Shown here in pieces: positions 28,945-40,419 of a DNA stretch of 64,000 bases. Numbering within the stretch: position 1 is the stretch's first letter; the number at the start of each line of letters is the position of its first letter. This DNA is from an uncultured Gemmatimonadales bacterium (GTDB lineage: Bacteria > Gemmatimonadota > Gemmatimonadetes > Gemmatimonadales > GWC2-71-9). The notes under the pieces are model-generated. The model made no database searches and was not told the origin of the DNA. It saw nothing but the letters and a program-made list of their open reading frames with translations. The position numbers and the translations under genes are program-made. The stretch spans positions 544,001-608,000 of the forward strand of contig CAVSQW010000008.1 in assembly GCA_963730185.1 (NCBI GenBank). The letters are read 5' to 3'.

Positions 28945-30689
28945 CGGGCGGGCGCCGCTGGCTGGGGGTGCTGCTGCTGGCGCTGGTGGGCGGGATCGGC
29001 TCCGCTCGAGCGCAGCAACCGGCGTCGCGCACCCGGGGTGGGCGGGCCTTCGAGCTGGAGCGGCGGGGGCAGCACGCCGAGGCGGTGCCGCTCTACCGGG
29101 CCATGCTGGCGGACCAGCCGGGCGACATTGCCGCGCTGCTGGGTCTGGAACGGAGCCTGGGTGCCCTGAACCGGCTGAGCGAGCTGCTCCCCGACCTCCG
29201 CTCGGCGCTGGCCGCGGGCGAGCCCTCGGCACCGCTCTGCGGGATCGCGGTCCGGGTCTATACCGCGACCCACCAGCCGCCGGACAGCATCCGGGCGGTG
29301 GTGGACCGATGGGCCCAGGTCGAGCCGGGCTCGGAGTCGCCCTATCAGGAATGGGGGGCCGCGGCGCTCGCGACCCGCGACCTGGCGATGGCCAAGGCCG
29401 CCTATCTCCTCGGTCGGCAGCGGCTCGGCGGCGACGTCCTGGCCGGGGAGCTGGCGCAGGTGGCGACCATCGACGGCGATTACGACACCGCCGTCAAGGA
29501 ATGGATGACCGCGATCGCCACGGTGCCGGGATACCGGGGCGCGGCGGCCTCGATGCTGGGGCAAATTCCCGCCCCGGCACGGCCGGGGGTGCTCCGGCTG
29601 CTGGAGGAGCGGCGGTCCCCGGCCGGTGAGCGGGTCGGGGCGACCCTGGCCATCCGCTGGGGCGACCCGGTGGGCGGGATCCGCCGGATCGAGCGCGCCC
29701 TCCCGATCCTCGGCGACGAGACGGTCGACGCGCTGCAGGAAGCGCTCGACGAGCTTCGGCTCCAGTCCGGGCCGGACGCGCCGATGGCCCGGGGCATCGC
29801 GCTCGAGCTCCTGGGCCAGCAGGTGCCCCAACAGGCCTCGCGCTACTGGCTGGAAGCCGCCCGGGCCTACGCCGACGCCGGCGACCAGCGGTCGGCCCGC
29901 CGGATGCTGGGCCAGCTGGCGGGGAATGCCAAAGCGTCGCCGGCCCTCGCGGCCTCGGCGACCTCGACGCTGGTGTCGGTGCTGGTGGGCGAGGGTAAAA
30001 TGGACGAGGCCAGCCGCCAGTTCGAGCAGCTGAAGGGGGCGCTGACCGAGGAAGACCGCCAGGCATTGGCGCACAAGCTGAGCGGCGGGTGGATCGACCA
30101 GGGCAATCTGGAGCGGGCCGCGGCCCTGGTCGCGACTGACAGCACGGTCGAAGGGCTCGCCCTCCGGGGCTGGATCCAGCTCTATCTGGGTCACCTGGGA
30201 TCGGCCTCCGACCTGTTCCGGAGCGCCGGGCCCTACGCCGGCGAGCGTGCCTCGGCCGTCTCGCGCACCAAGGCGTTGGCCATCCTTCAGGTGATCGACC
30301 GGGACAGCCTGCCCGAGCTCGGCCGGGCGCTGCTGGGCCTGGTCACCCGGGACAGCGCCGGCGCCGCCGACCGGCTGGAAGCCGTGGCGGGCAGCCTGGC
30401 GCCCGATCGGGGCGGGGCGGAGGTGTTGCTCCTGGCGGGGCGGGTGCGGCTCGGGTTAGGAGACGCGCCCCGGGCCGATTCGCTCTTCGCGGCGGTGGCC
30501 GCCATGAAGGTGCCCGCCAGCGCCGCCGAGGCCGAGCTGGAGCGGGCCCGGATCCTGGCGTCGGGCGCGCGGAAGCCCGAGGCCATCGCCCTGCTGGAGC
30601 ATCTGATCGTGAGCTATCCCGCCAGCGCGGTGGCCCCGCAGGCCCGCCGCCTCCTCGACCAGGTCCGCGGCGCGGTGCCTCCCTCATGA
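28941..30689 (+). CDS. Exported tetratricopeptide-repeat protein
   Basis: Signal peptide (..ARAQ), helical repeats, C-terminal LEHLIVSYPASAVAPQARRLL (YbgF/BamD-like TPR end); ATGA overlaps on both sides. Confidence 0.8.
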   Translation: MTGGRRWLGVLLLALVGGIGSARAQQPASRTRGGRAFELERRGQHAEAVPLYRAMLADQPGDIAALLGLERSLGALNRLSELLPDLRSALAAGEPSAPLCGIAVRVYTATHQPPDSIRAVVDRWAQVEPGSESPYQEWGAAALATRDLAMAKAAYLLGRQRLGGDVLAGELAQVATIDGDYDTAVKEWMTAIATVPGYRGAAASMLGQIPAPARPGVLRLLEERRSPAGERVGATLAIRWGDPVGGIRRIERALPILGDETVDALQEALDELRLQSGPDAPMARGIALELLGQQVPQQASRYWLEAARAYADAGDQRSARRMLGQLAGNAKASPALAASATSTLVSVLVGEGKMDEASRQFEQLKGALTEEDRQALAHKLSGGWIDQGNLERAAALVATDSTVEGLALRGWIQLYLGHLGSASDLFRSAGPYAGERASAVSRTKALAILQVIDRDSLPELGRALLGLVTRDSAGAADRLEAVAGSLAPDRGGAEVLLLAGRVRLGLGDAPRADSLFAAVAAMKVPASAAEAELERARILASGARKPEAIALLEHLIVSYPASAVAPQARRLLDQVRGAVPPS

Positions 30690-31977
30690 AGCGACGAGAC
30701 TTCGTTCGGCTCTCGAGCGCGACCCTGGCGGGGCTGTCGCTCCCCCGGGTGGCGATCCGAACCCGCCGCCTGGCGGATTTCTTCCTGGTGCCGATGGACG
30801 AGGCCCAGGCCGACCACCTCAAGGCCTACGGGCTGGCCTATCGGGTGCTGCAGCGGGGCGGCAAGGGCGAGTGGTTCCTCAACTACCGGAGCGGCTCGTT
30901 CCTCCTGCCGGGCGACGCCACGACCGCGCGGGACGCGGCCCTCAGCGGGGTGACGGTGATCCCCACGGACGCCGCCAGCGTCGACGGCGTCCGCGGTCTG
31001 ATCCGGCAGGGCAACATGGACGCCGTGCCGCTCGAGAAGGCGCCCAAGGTGGCGGTTTACGCTCCGCCCAACGCGGCGCCCTGGGACGACGCCGTGACCA
31101 TGGCCCTCCAGTACGCCGGGGTGGAGTTCGACAAGATCTGGGACGAGGAGGTCTTGACCGAAAAGCTCCGGACCTACGATTGGCTCCACCTGCACCACGA
31201 GGACTTCACCGGGCAGTACTCGAAGTTCTTCCTCAACTACAACGGGGCGCCCTGGTTGGTGGAGATGGTGGACCGGAACGAGCGGATGGCCCGGAAGATG
31301 GGCTTTCACGACGTGCCGGCCGAGAAGCGGGCGGTGGCGCACGGGATCCAGCATTTCGTGGAACGAGGCGGGTTCCTCTTCGCGATGTGTACCGCGACCG
31401 AGACGATCGACCTGGCCCTCGCCAGCGACGGGGTGGACATCGCGGCGAGCTTCGCCGACGGGACCCCGATGGATCCCGACGCCGCCGACCAAGATGCATT
31501 GGGATCAGGCCTTCGCCTTCCAGAACGCCCGGCTGGAGCAGAGTCCCTCGCTGGCCCTCTTCTCCGACATCGACGGCCACCAGGTCAACTCGCCCGACCG
31601 GCGGCAGCCGCTCGGCACCTACACCCTGTTCAACTTCAGCGCGAAGATCGATCCGGTGCGCGACGATGCTGGTCCAGAACCACCGGCAGGTGATCCCCGA
31701 CTTCTACGGGCTCACCACCTCCTTCATGCGGAACCGGATCAAGCCGGGGGTGATCGTGCTGGGCGACGAGCCGGGCGCGCCCTGGGCCAAGTACCTCCAC
31801 GGCGAGCGGGGCGAGGGGACCTGGACCTTCTTCGGCGGCCACGATCCCGAGGATCCGCAGCATCAGATCGGCGACGCCCCGACGGATCTCTCGCTCCATC
31901 CGCATTCGCCGGGCTATCGGCTCATTCTCAACAACGTGCTCTTTCCGGCGGCGAAGAAGAAGGAGCTCAAGACCTGA
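30686..31977 (+). CDS. Tat-signal conserved protein of the family often auto-labelled 'asparagine synthetase B' (not a true AsnB); two frameshifts near 31490 and 31660
   Basis: MKRRDFVRLS Tat signal; LVPMD..Q.DHLKAYG, WFLNYRSGSF, PWDDAVT, YDWLHLHHEDFTGQY, GGFLFAMC, HDPED..H..GD.PTDL.LH..SPGYRLILNNVLFPAAKK. No Ntn N-terminal Cys or SGGLDS motif. Confidence 0.75.
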
Positions 31978-31980
31978 GCA

Positions 31981-32000
31981 GGGGCGCCTTTTTTCGCCCC
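31981..32000 (+). terminator. Hairpin after the DUF4159 operon
   Basis: GGGGCG-cctttttt-CGCCCC just after the stop. Confidence 0.35.
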
Positions 32001-32021
32001 GTCTCGCCAGGGGCATCCCGC

Positions 32022-32034
32022 TATCTTTCGGCCG
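32022..32034 (+). promoter_or_regulatory. -10 element of a probable leaderless dinG promoter
   Basis: TATCTT-TCGGCCG-ATG, no SD. Confidence 0.55.
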
Positions 32035-34573
32035 ATGCCCGCCCCCCCCTCCGAATCGACGCCCACTGATCGGCTTACCCCCGCCGTCCGCGAGCTCCTG
32101 GCCCGGGAGATCGCTCGGGCCGGCGGGCGCGAGGTGTGTTTCGTGGCCACCGTCGACGCGTCCGGCGGGGTGGTCGAGGCTCGGCCGGCGGCCCGGGGCA
32201 CGCCCGACATGGTGCTGGCCCTGCCCGGGTTCGCGTCGCGGGGCGAGATGGTGCTGCACAACCATCCCGGCGGCGACCTCGAGCCGTCGTTCGCGGACCT
32301 CGACATCGCGGCCCGGCTCCACGACGCCGGGATCGGCTTCGGGATCATCGACAACGACGGCGACCGACCTCTACGTGGTGGTGGAGGTGCCGCGGGCTCG
32401 GCCGCTGGTCCGGCTCGACCCGTACGAGGTGGTCGCCGAGCTGGAGGAGGAGGGCTCGGTGGCCCGGGTCATGGGGAGCTACGAGGACCGGCAGAGCCAG
32501 CGTGACATGGCGGCCTACATCGCCGACGCCTACAACGACGGCGGGACGGTGCTGCTGGAGGCGGGGACCGGCGTCGGCAAGTCGTTCGCCTATCTCGTGC
32601 CGGCCCTGCTCTGGGCCCGAACCAACGACGAGCGAACCATCGTCTCGACCAACACGATCAATCTCCAGGAGCAGTTGGTGGGGAAGGACCTGCCGCTGCT
32701 CCGCGACGCCCTGGCCACCGATGAGTGGCAGCCCACCTTCGCGCTGCTGAAGGGGTGGCGGAACTACCTCTGCCTGGCCCGGCTCGAGGTGGCCTCCGCC
32801 GGGCAGCAGTCGCTACTGGAGGAGAGTAAGCTGGCCGAGCTCGAATCGATCGCGGCGTGGGCGGGGAAGACCTCCGACGGTACGTTCGGCGACCTCCCGA
32901 CCCCGCCCAGCGGCGAGGTCTGGGACGAGGTGTCGGCCGAGCCCGATCTCTGTCCCCGGCTCAAGTGTCCCCACTTCGACCGGTGCTTCCTCTTCCGGGC
33001 CCGGCGGAAGGCCGCCGAGGCCGACGTGGTGGTGGTCAACCACCATCTCTTCGCCGCCGACCTGGCGGTGCGGAAAGCGGCCGACAACTGGGACGAGGCG
33101 GCGGTGCTCCCGCCTTACAAGCGGCTGATCCTCGACGAAGGCCACCACCTCGAAGACGTGGCCGCCGCCCATCTCGGGGCGGCAGCTCTCCAGCAGCGGG
33201 GTGCGGCGGCTGCTGGGTCGGATGGAGCGGAACGGCCGCGGCCTGGTGCCGACCCTGGTCCGGGAGCTGATGCGCGACGGCGACGTCCTGGCGCGGGCCA
33301 GCCTGACCCTCGTCCGGGAGCAGCTGGCGCCCGCGATCGCCGAAGCCCGTCACGCGGGAGAGGCGATGTTCGCCCGGCTCCTGACCCGGGTCTCGAGCGA
33401 GCCGGGCGGCGGCCCGCTCCGGCTGACCGACGACTTCGGGCAGGATCCGGTCTGGGACGACGGGTTGGGCCGGGAGGTCGACGGCCTGCTCCGGGCGTTC
33501 CGGCGGGTGGCCGACGCGGTCGAGACGATCGTCGACCGGATGAGTCAGAGCGAGCTGACCGAGCGCCGGATCCAGCTGGCGCAGGAGCTCGCGGGGTACT
33601 TCGCCGGCTCGACGCCGGCGCGGACGCCATTACCGCGACCCTGCGGCCGGTCGGCGGTGGTGAGCCCGTGGTCCGCTGGATCGAGAAGAAGGGCGCCCGG
33701 GGCCAGAACGTGGCCATCGCGGCCGTCCCGCTCGACCTCGCCCCGATCCTCCGGGAGCTGGTCTTCGACCGGGTCGAGACCGTGGTGCTCACCAGCGCCA
33801 CCCTCGCGGCGGGCGGTGACTTCCGCTTTCTCGAATCCCGCCTTGGCCTGGAGCAGTCGCCCAGTCCGGTCACGGTTCGGGAGATTCTGCCTTCGCCCTT
33901 CGATTACGCCTCGCAGTGCCTCTTCGGGATCCCGGCCGACCGCCCGACCCCCGGGAGGACGAGGCCGGCGCACGATGCCGCGGTGGCGGCGACGATCCGC
34001 GACCTGGTGACGGCCTCCGACGGCGGGCTCTTCGCCCTCTTTACCTCGCACGCCGCGCTCCGCCGGGCGGCCGCTCGGCTCCGAAGCGACCTGGGTCCCC
34101 GCTGGCCACTCCTGGTGCAGGGCGAGGGAAGCCGCGAGAGCCTCCTCCGCCGCTTCCGCGAGGCCGGTAACGCAATCCTCCTCGGCACCGATTCCTTCTG
34201 GGAAGGGGTGGACGTGCCCGGGCGGGCGCTCCGCGCGCTGGTCCTCTGCAAATTACCTTTCAAGGTCCCGTCGGAGCCGCTCACCGCCGCCCGGTTGGAG
34301 CGGCTGGCCGAGCGGGCGAAGATGGGTTTTTCGGCTACCTGTTGCCTCACGCCGCGCTCAAGGTGAAGCAGGGGTTCGGGCGGCTGATCCGGAGCCGGCA
34401 GGACGTGGGCGTGGTGGTGCTCCTCGACCGCGCGGGTTCTGGCCCGGCGCTACGGTCCGCTGATCCTGAGCGGCCTGCCGGCGGCGGAGCGAGTCGAGGG
34501 CACCTGGGCCGACGTGCGGATCAAGTGCGAGGATTTCTTCGCCCGGTTCGGGATCGGCGCCGAGATGCCGTGA
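32035..34573 (+). CDS. dinG: DinG-family Fe-S helicase with an N-terminal RadC-like JAB domain; several frameshifts
   Basis: GGREVCF...LHNHPGGDLEPSFAD (JAB), YEDRQSQ, EAGTGVGKS, STNTINLQEQL, NYLC, C...C.....C, VVNHHL, DEGHH, TSATL, LFTS, SFWEGVDVPG, KLPF, KQGFGRLIRS. Confidence 0.88.
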
Positions 34574-34596
34574 CCGGCCGGGCCTAACGACGAACC

Positions 34597-35226
34597 GTGA
34601 GCGCGGCGTGACCTCCGACCGTCAAGATCGTCTGCGTGGGGCACGAACTACCTGGCGCACGCCAAGGAGATGGGTGGTGAGGTGCCGGCCGAGCCTCTGC
34701 TGTTCCTCAAGCCGCCCAGCGCGGTCATCGGCCCGGGCGACCCGATCGTCCTGCCCTGCGCTCTCGACCCACGTCGAGCACGAGGCCGAGATTGGGGTGG
34801 TGATCGGGGTTCGGCTCCGGGGCGCCAGCGAGGCCGAGGCGCTCCGGGGCATCGCGGGCTTCGTGTGTCTCAACGACGTGACCGCGCGGGACTGGCAGCG
34901 GCGGGAATCGCAGTGGGCCCGGGCCAAGGGCTTCGACACCTTCTGCCCGGTCGGTCCCGAGGTGGTGGGCGGCCTCGACTGGCGGACCCTGGAGGTGATC
35001 GGACGGGTCAACGGGAAGGTCCGGCAGCACGGCAAGGCGCACCGAGATGCAGTTCGGCATCCCCTTCGTGCTGGCCCACATCAGTCAGGTGATGACGCTC
35101 GAGCCCGGCGATCTGGTCGCCACCGGGACCCCGGCCGGGGTGGGGCGGCTCGCCCCGGGCGACGTGGTGGAGGTGGAGATTCCGGGCGTGGGGGTGCTCC
35201 GGAACCCCGTGGTGGCCGCGACCTGA
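34597..35226 (+). CDS. Fumarylacetoacetate hydrolase family protein, frameshifted
   Basis: [75 protein letters not shown] in different frames. Confidence 0.88.
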
Positions 35227-35289
35227 GGGGTGCGCGGCGAATCCCTACGGGGGTGGCGCCGTCCGCCCGCTTGGAGCTAATTCGGAGGC

Positions 35290-36488
35290 ATGATGCCATT
35301 CAGCCATCGCCTGACGAGCCTGCCGGGCTACCCCATGGCGGAGATTCCGGCCATCAAGCGCCGGCTCCTGGGCGCGGGGGTGGACGTGATCGACGTCGGC
35401 GCGGGAGACAACGACACCCCCCCGCCGGCCCCGGTGGTCGAGGCCATGCGGGAAGCGCTCCTGGACCCCAGAATGAGCAAATACGGGTTCCAGCAGGGGT
35501 TGCCGGAGTTCCGGCGGGCGGCGGCCGACTACCTGGCCCGACGGTTCGGGCAGCGGTTCGACCCGGCGACCGAGATTCTGCCGCTGATCGGGTCCAAGGA
35601 CGGCCTGGCCCACCTGCCGTTCGCCTTCGTCGACCCGGGCGACGTGGTGATCGTGCCGGAGCCGGGGTACCAGGCCTATCTCGGCGGGGCCATGCTCGCC
35701 GGCGGGACCCCGGAGATCTACCCGCTCCGCGAGTCGGAGGGCTACCTCCTCGAGCTGGGCACGGTCGCTCCGGCCGTGCTGGCGAGGACCCGGCTGGTCA
35801 ACGCCAACTATCCCAACAATCCCACGGCCGCGGTCGCGGACCTCGCCTACCTGGAGCGTCTGGTGGACGGGTGTCGCCGGGCGGGGGCGGTCCTGGCGTA
35901 CGACAACGCCTATTGCGACCTGACGTTCGACGGGTACCGGGCTCCGAGCATCTTCGAGGTCGCCGGGCGCGCGCGACCTGGCCCTCGAGTTCTTCTCGCT
36001 CTCCAAGAGCTTCTCGATGACCGGCTGGCGGCTCGGCTTCGCGGTCGGGGAGCCGGAGCTGATCGGCGCACTCACCCGGATCAAGTCCTACACCGACACC
36101 GGACCGTTCCTGGCGGTACAGCGGGCGGGCGCGGTGGCGCTGGAGCGCGCCGAGGAGCTGGTCGAGCCGATCCGGGCGGAGCTGGAACGCCGCCGTGACG
36201 CCGGGCGTCGCGGCCCTCCGCGCCCGGGGATTGCGTCTCGGGACGCCCCGGGCGGCGATGTACCTCTGGGTCGCGCTGCCCGACGGCGTTCCCTCGGCCG
36301 ACTTCGGGCGCCACGCCCTCGAGCGCGAGGGCGTCGTGGTGATGCCGGGTCGGGGGTTCGGCCCGGCGGGTGAAGGGTATTTCCGGATCGCCCTCACCGT
36401 GGGGGCGGCACGACTGACGGAGGCCGCCGATCGGCTGGCCCGGGCCCTCACCACGTTCGACGCCCGGGTTCCCGCCGCTACCACCTGA
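35290..36488 (+). CDS. Class I/II PLP aminotransferase (LL-diaminopimelate aminotransferase-like), frameshifted
   Basis: LIGSKDGLAH, NYPNNPTAA, YDNAY, FFSLSKSFSMTGWRLGFAVG, GEGYFRIAL. Confidence 0.88.
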
Positions 36489-36496
36489 CCCGGCCT

Positions 36497-37417
36497 GTGG
36501 CTCCTCGTCCCGATTTCCGCTTTCAGCTCCCACCGGGGCGTCGCTGGCCGTGGTACGCGGTCGCGATCAGCCTGGGGATCCACCTGCTGCTGCTCCTGGT
36601 CCGGGTGCATGGCTGGTTGCCGCCGGTGCCGCAGCCGCTCCCCAATCGAGTGGTGCTGCTCCCCTTGGGCACCGAGGGCCCACGGGCCGCGGACCTGCGG
36701 TTTCGGGAGCCCTCGGCGGGCGGCGGCGCGCCCAAGAGGAAGCCGACCGCGGGCGTGCAGGAGCTGCCCCGTCCCGAGACCGGGCCGGTTCCGAAACCGG
36801 AACCGGTCGACACGACCACGAGAGTGGCGGTCGAGCCCACCCCGGCGCCTGACACGGTCGGCACCGAGCCGGGGCCGCGGAGCGATCGCGCCACGCGGCT
36901 CGGCCCGGCCCGGGGGGAAGGCAAACTCTGGGTTCGCCCGCTCCCGCTCCCACCCCGCGACTTGGCCCGAGCCGTGGTCCGGACGCACACCGAGCTGGTC
37001 GACAGCGCGGTGACGGCCATCGTGCAGGTGTACATCGACTCGGTGCTCAACGCGGCGCCCGAGAACTCCCCGCCGCCCAGCTGGACCACCCGGGTGGGCG
37101 ACCAGCAGATCGGGGTCGACTCGCGCTGGATCTATCTGGGGCCGATCAAGATCCCGACCGCTCTGGTGGCGGCCTTCCTGCCGTTCAATGGCGGGTCTGC
37201 CGAGACGTCCGACCTGACCCGGTTCCACCAGCTTCAGCTGATGCGGGAGGACGTGCAGATCGCCGCCCGCCGAGCCCAGACGATGGAGGACTTCAAGCGC
37301 GCCATCCGGGAGCTCCGGGCGCAGCGCGAGCGGGAACGGGAGTTCGCCAAGAACCAGAAGACGGCCCCGGTCAAGCGGGACTCGCTGCCCCCAACGCCAC
37401 CCAAGCCCAATCCGTGA
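36497..37417 (+). CDS. Hypothetical protein: N-terminal TonB-like TM anchor, Pro-rich linker, unknown C-terminal domain
   Basis: AVAISLGIHLLLL anchor (S...H), PxPxP linker, C-terminal PPSWT...IG.D..WI.LGPIKIP; coupled to the downstream gene. Confidence 0.7.
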   Translation: MAPRPDFRFQLPPGRRWPWYAVAISLGIHLLLLLVRVHGWLPPVPQPLPNRVVLLPLGTEGPRAADLRFREPSAGGGAPKRKPTAGVQELPRPETGPVPKPEPVDTTTRVAVEPTPAPDTVGTEPGPRSDRATRLGPARGEGKLWVRPLPLPPRDLARAVVRTHTELVDSAVTAIVQVYIDSVLNAAPENSPPPSWTTRVGDQQIGVDSRWIYLGPIKIPTALVAAFLPFNGGSAETSDLTRFHQLQLMREDVQIAARRAQTMEDFKRAIRELRAQREREREFAKNQKTAPVKRDSLPPTPPKPNP

Positions 37418-37857
37418 AGCTTCTCGACTCCCGGGAGACCGTTCTCCTGATCACCGGCACTTCGGAGCGGGCCGGGGCGACCGACCGCCCCCTAGCCCAG
37501 AAGCTCCAGCAGGAGATCGACGCCCGGGGCGAAGGCCACATCTACCGCCGGGCGGTCGTCCTCGGCGACGAGGAGTACCTCGAACGGCCCGCGCTGCACG
37601 TGCATCCGACCATCGCCATCGGCGGGCCGGGCGCCAACGCCGTGAGTCAGCATTTCGTGGGCGAGGTGCCGACCGTCTGGGAGGAGGAGGACCGGTTGGT
37701 GGTGCAGGTGGAGGTGGAGGACGACCGCCAACGGGCCGCGCTCTGGGGGATGGACGCCGCGGCCACCGCCGACGCGGTCGATGCGTTCGTGAGCCGCGGC
37801 TTTCTCGAGCTCCTGCTCGACCGGATCTGGCGACTCCGGTCCGAAGTGATCAACTAG
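37414..37857 (+). CDS. Hypothetical protein
   Basis: GTGA overlap with the upstream gene; coding-like; motif TIAIGGPGANAVS. Confidence 0.65.
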   Translation: MKLLDSRETVLLITGTSERAGATDRPLAQKLQQEIDARGEGHIYRRAVVLGDEEYLERPALHVHPTIAIGGPGANAVSQHFVGEVPTVWEEEDRLVVQVEVEDDRQRAALWGMDAAATADAVDAFVSRGFLELLLDRIWRLRSEVIN

Positions 37858-37875
37858 CTCGCCGCCCGAGCGAGA

Positions 37876-39409
<1,534 letters not shown>

Positions 39410-39449
39410 TCAGGGCGACCACGGTCCATCGCGGGTCGTCCTTCGGAAA

Positions 39450-39540
39450 CGGAGTGGGAGGGATTCGAACCCTCGATAGGAGTTTTCACCCCTATAACGG
39501 TTTAGCAAACCGCCGCCTTCAGCCACTCGGCCACCACTCC
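39450..39540 (-). tRNA. tRNA-Ser(GCT)
   Basis: GGAGTGGTGGCCGAGTGGCTGAAGGCGGCGGTTTGCTAAACCGTTATAGGGGTGAAAACTCCTATCGAGGGTTCGAATCCCTCCCACTCCG; long variable arm, anticodon GCT. Confidence 0.97.
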
Positions 39541-39612
39541 GGAGCGGGGGAAATTCGCTGGGTCCGGGGGTCGGCGCAACCCTGAGGCGGCTCGCAATCG
39601 GGGGGACCCGGC

Positions 39613-40419
39613 TCAGCCCCGTCCGGCCGCCCTGCGGCGGATCGCCTCGCCGATCCCGTTGGTGGCGAGCACCGTGGCCACGATCATGAGGCCCGGGTAG
39701 AGCGCCAGACGGGGCGCGGTGGACAGGTTGACCTGAGCCGCCGTCAGCATGTTGCCCCAGCTGGCGTCGGGGGGTTGGATCCCGAGCCCCAGGAACGAGA
39801 GGGCCGACTCGACCAGGATCGCCTGAGCCACCCCCACGGCCGCCGCGACCGACAGGGTCGGCGCCAGATGGGGCAGGAGGTGCCGCCGAAAGAGCCACCG
39901 GCGCCCGGCGCCAAGGGCCCGGGCGGCGCCGGCCCACTCCCGCTCGACCAGGCTCGCCGCCTCGGCCCGAACCAGCCGGGCGATGCCCATCCAGGCCGTG
40001 CCGCCGATGCCGACGACCAGCACCAGCGGCCCGCTTCCGAAGAGGGCCACGATCGCGAGCAGCACGAAGAAGGCCGGCACCGCCAGCGCCGCGTCGACCA
40101 AGCGGCTCGCGACCGCCTCGAGCCACCCGATCCGGGCGGCCGCGAGGCCACCGATCAGGGTGCCGACCGCGAGCGCCACCACCCCGGCCGCGAGGCCGAT
40201 GCTCAGCGATTGGCGGCCGCCGTGCATCAGGCGGGCGAGCACGTCGCGGCCGCTCTCGTCGGTCCCGAGCGGATGGGCGGCGCCCGGCGCTTCGGCGATC
40301 CGGGCGAGATCGAGGGTGTCGGGATCGACCCGGTAGAGGAGCGGGCCGGCAAAGGCGAAGGCCGCGATCAGCGTCAGGGCCACCAGCGGCCCCGCGGGCC
40401 GGCGACGGTGGCCGGTCAT
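39613..40419 (-). CDS. Peptide/nickel ABC transporter permease (DppC/OppC)
   Basis: HPLGTDESGRDVLARL, ARLVRA, AARALGA, RHLLPH, ESALSFLGLGIQPP..SWGNML. Confidence 0.93.
   Translation of the reverse strand: MTGHRRRPAGPLVALTLIAAFAFAGPLLYRVDPDTLDLARIAEAPGAAHPLGTDESGRDVLARLMHGGRQSLSIGLAAGVVALAVGTLIGGLAAARIGWLEAVASRLVDAALAVPAFFVLLAIVALFGSGPLVLVVGIGGTAWMGIARLVRAEAASLVEREWAGAARALGAGRRWLFRRHLLPHLAPTLSVAAAVGVAQAILVESALSFLGLGIQPPDASWGNMLTAAQVNLSTAPRLALYPGLMIVATVLATNGIGEAIRRRAAGRG

Noticed and set aside
32035..34573. DinG as a type IV CRISPR or defence-associated helicase
   Set aside because: No cas genes, array or defence genes nearby; housekeeping context.
34597..34650. In-frame TGA near the FAH gene start as selenocysteine
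   Set aside because: Not at a Cys-equivalent position, and the region has several indels; correcting them gives a normal ..LRPSKIVCVG.NY start.
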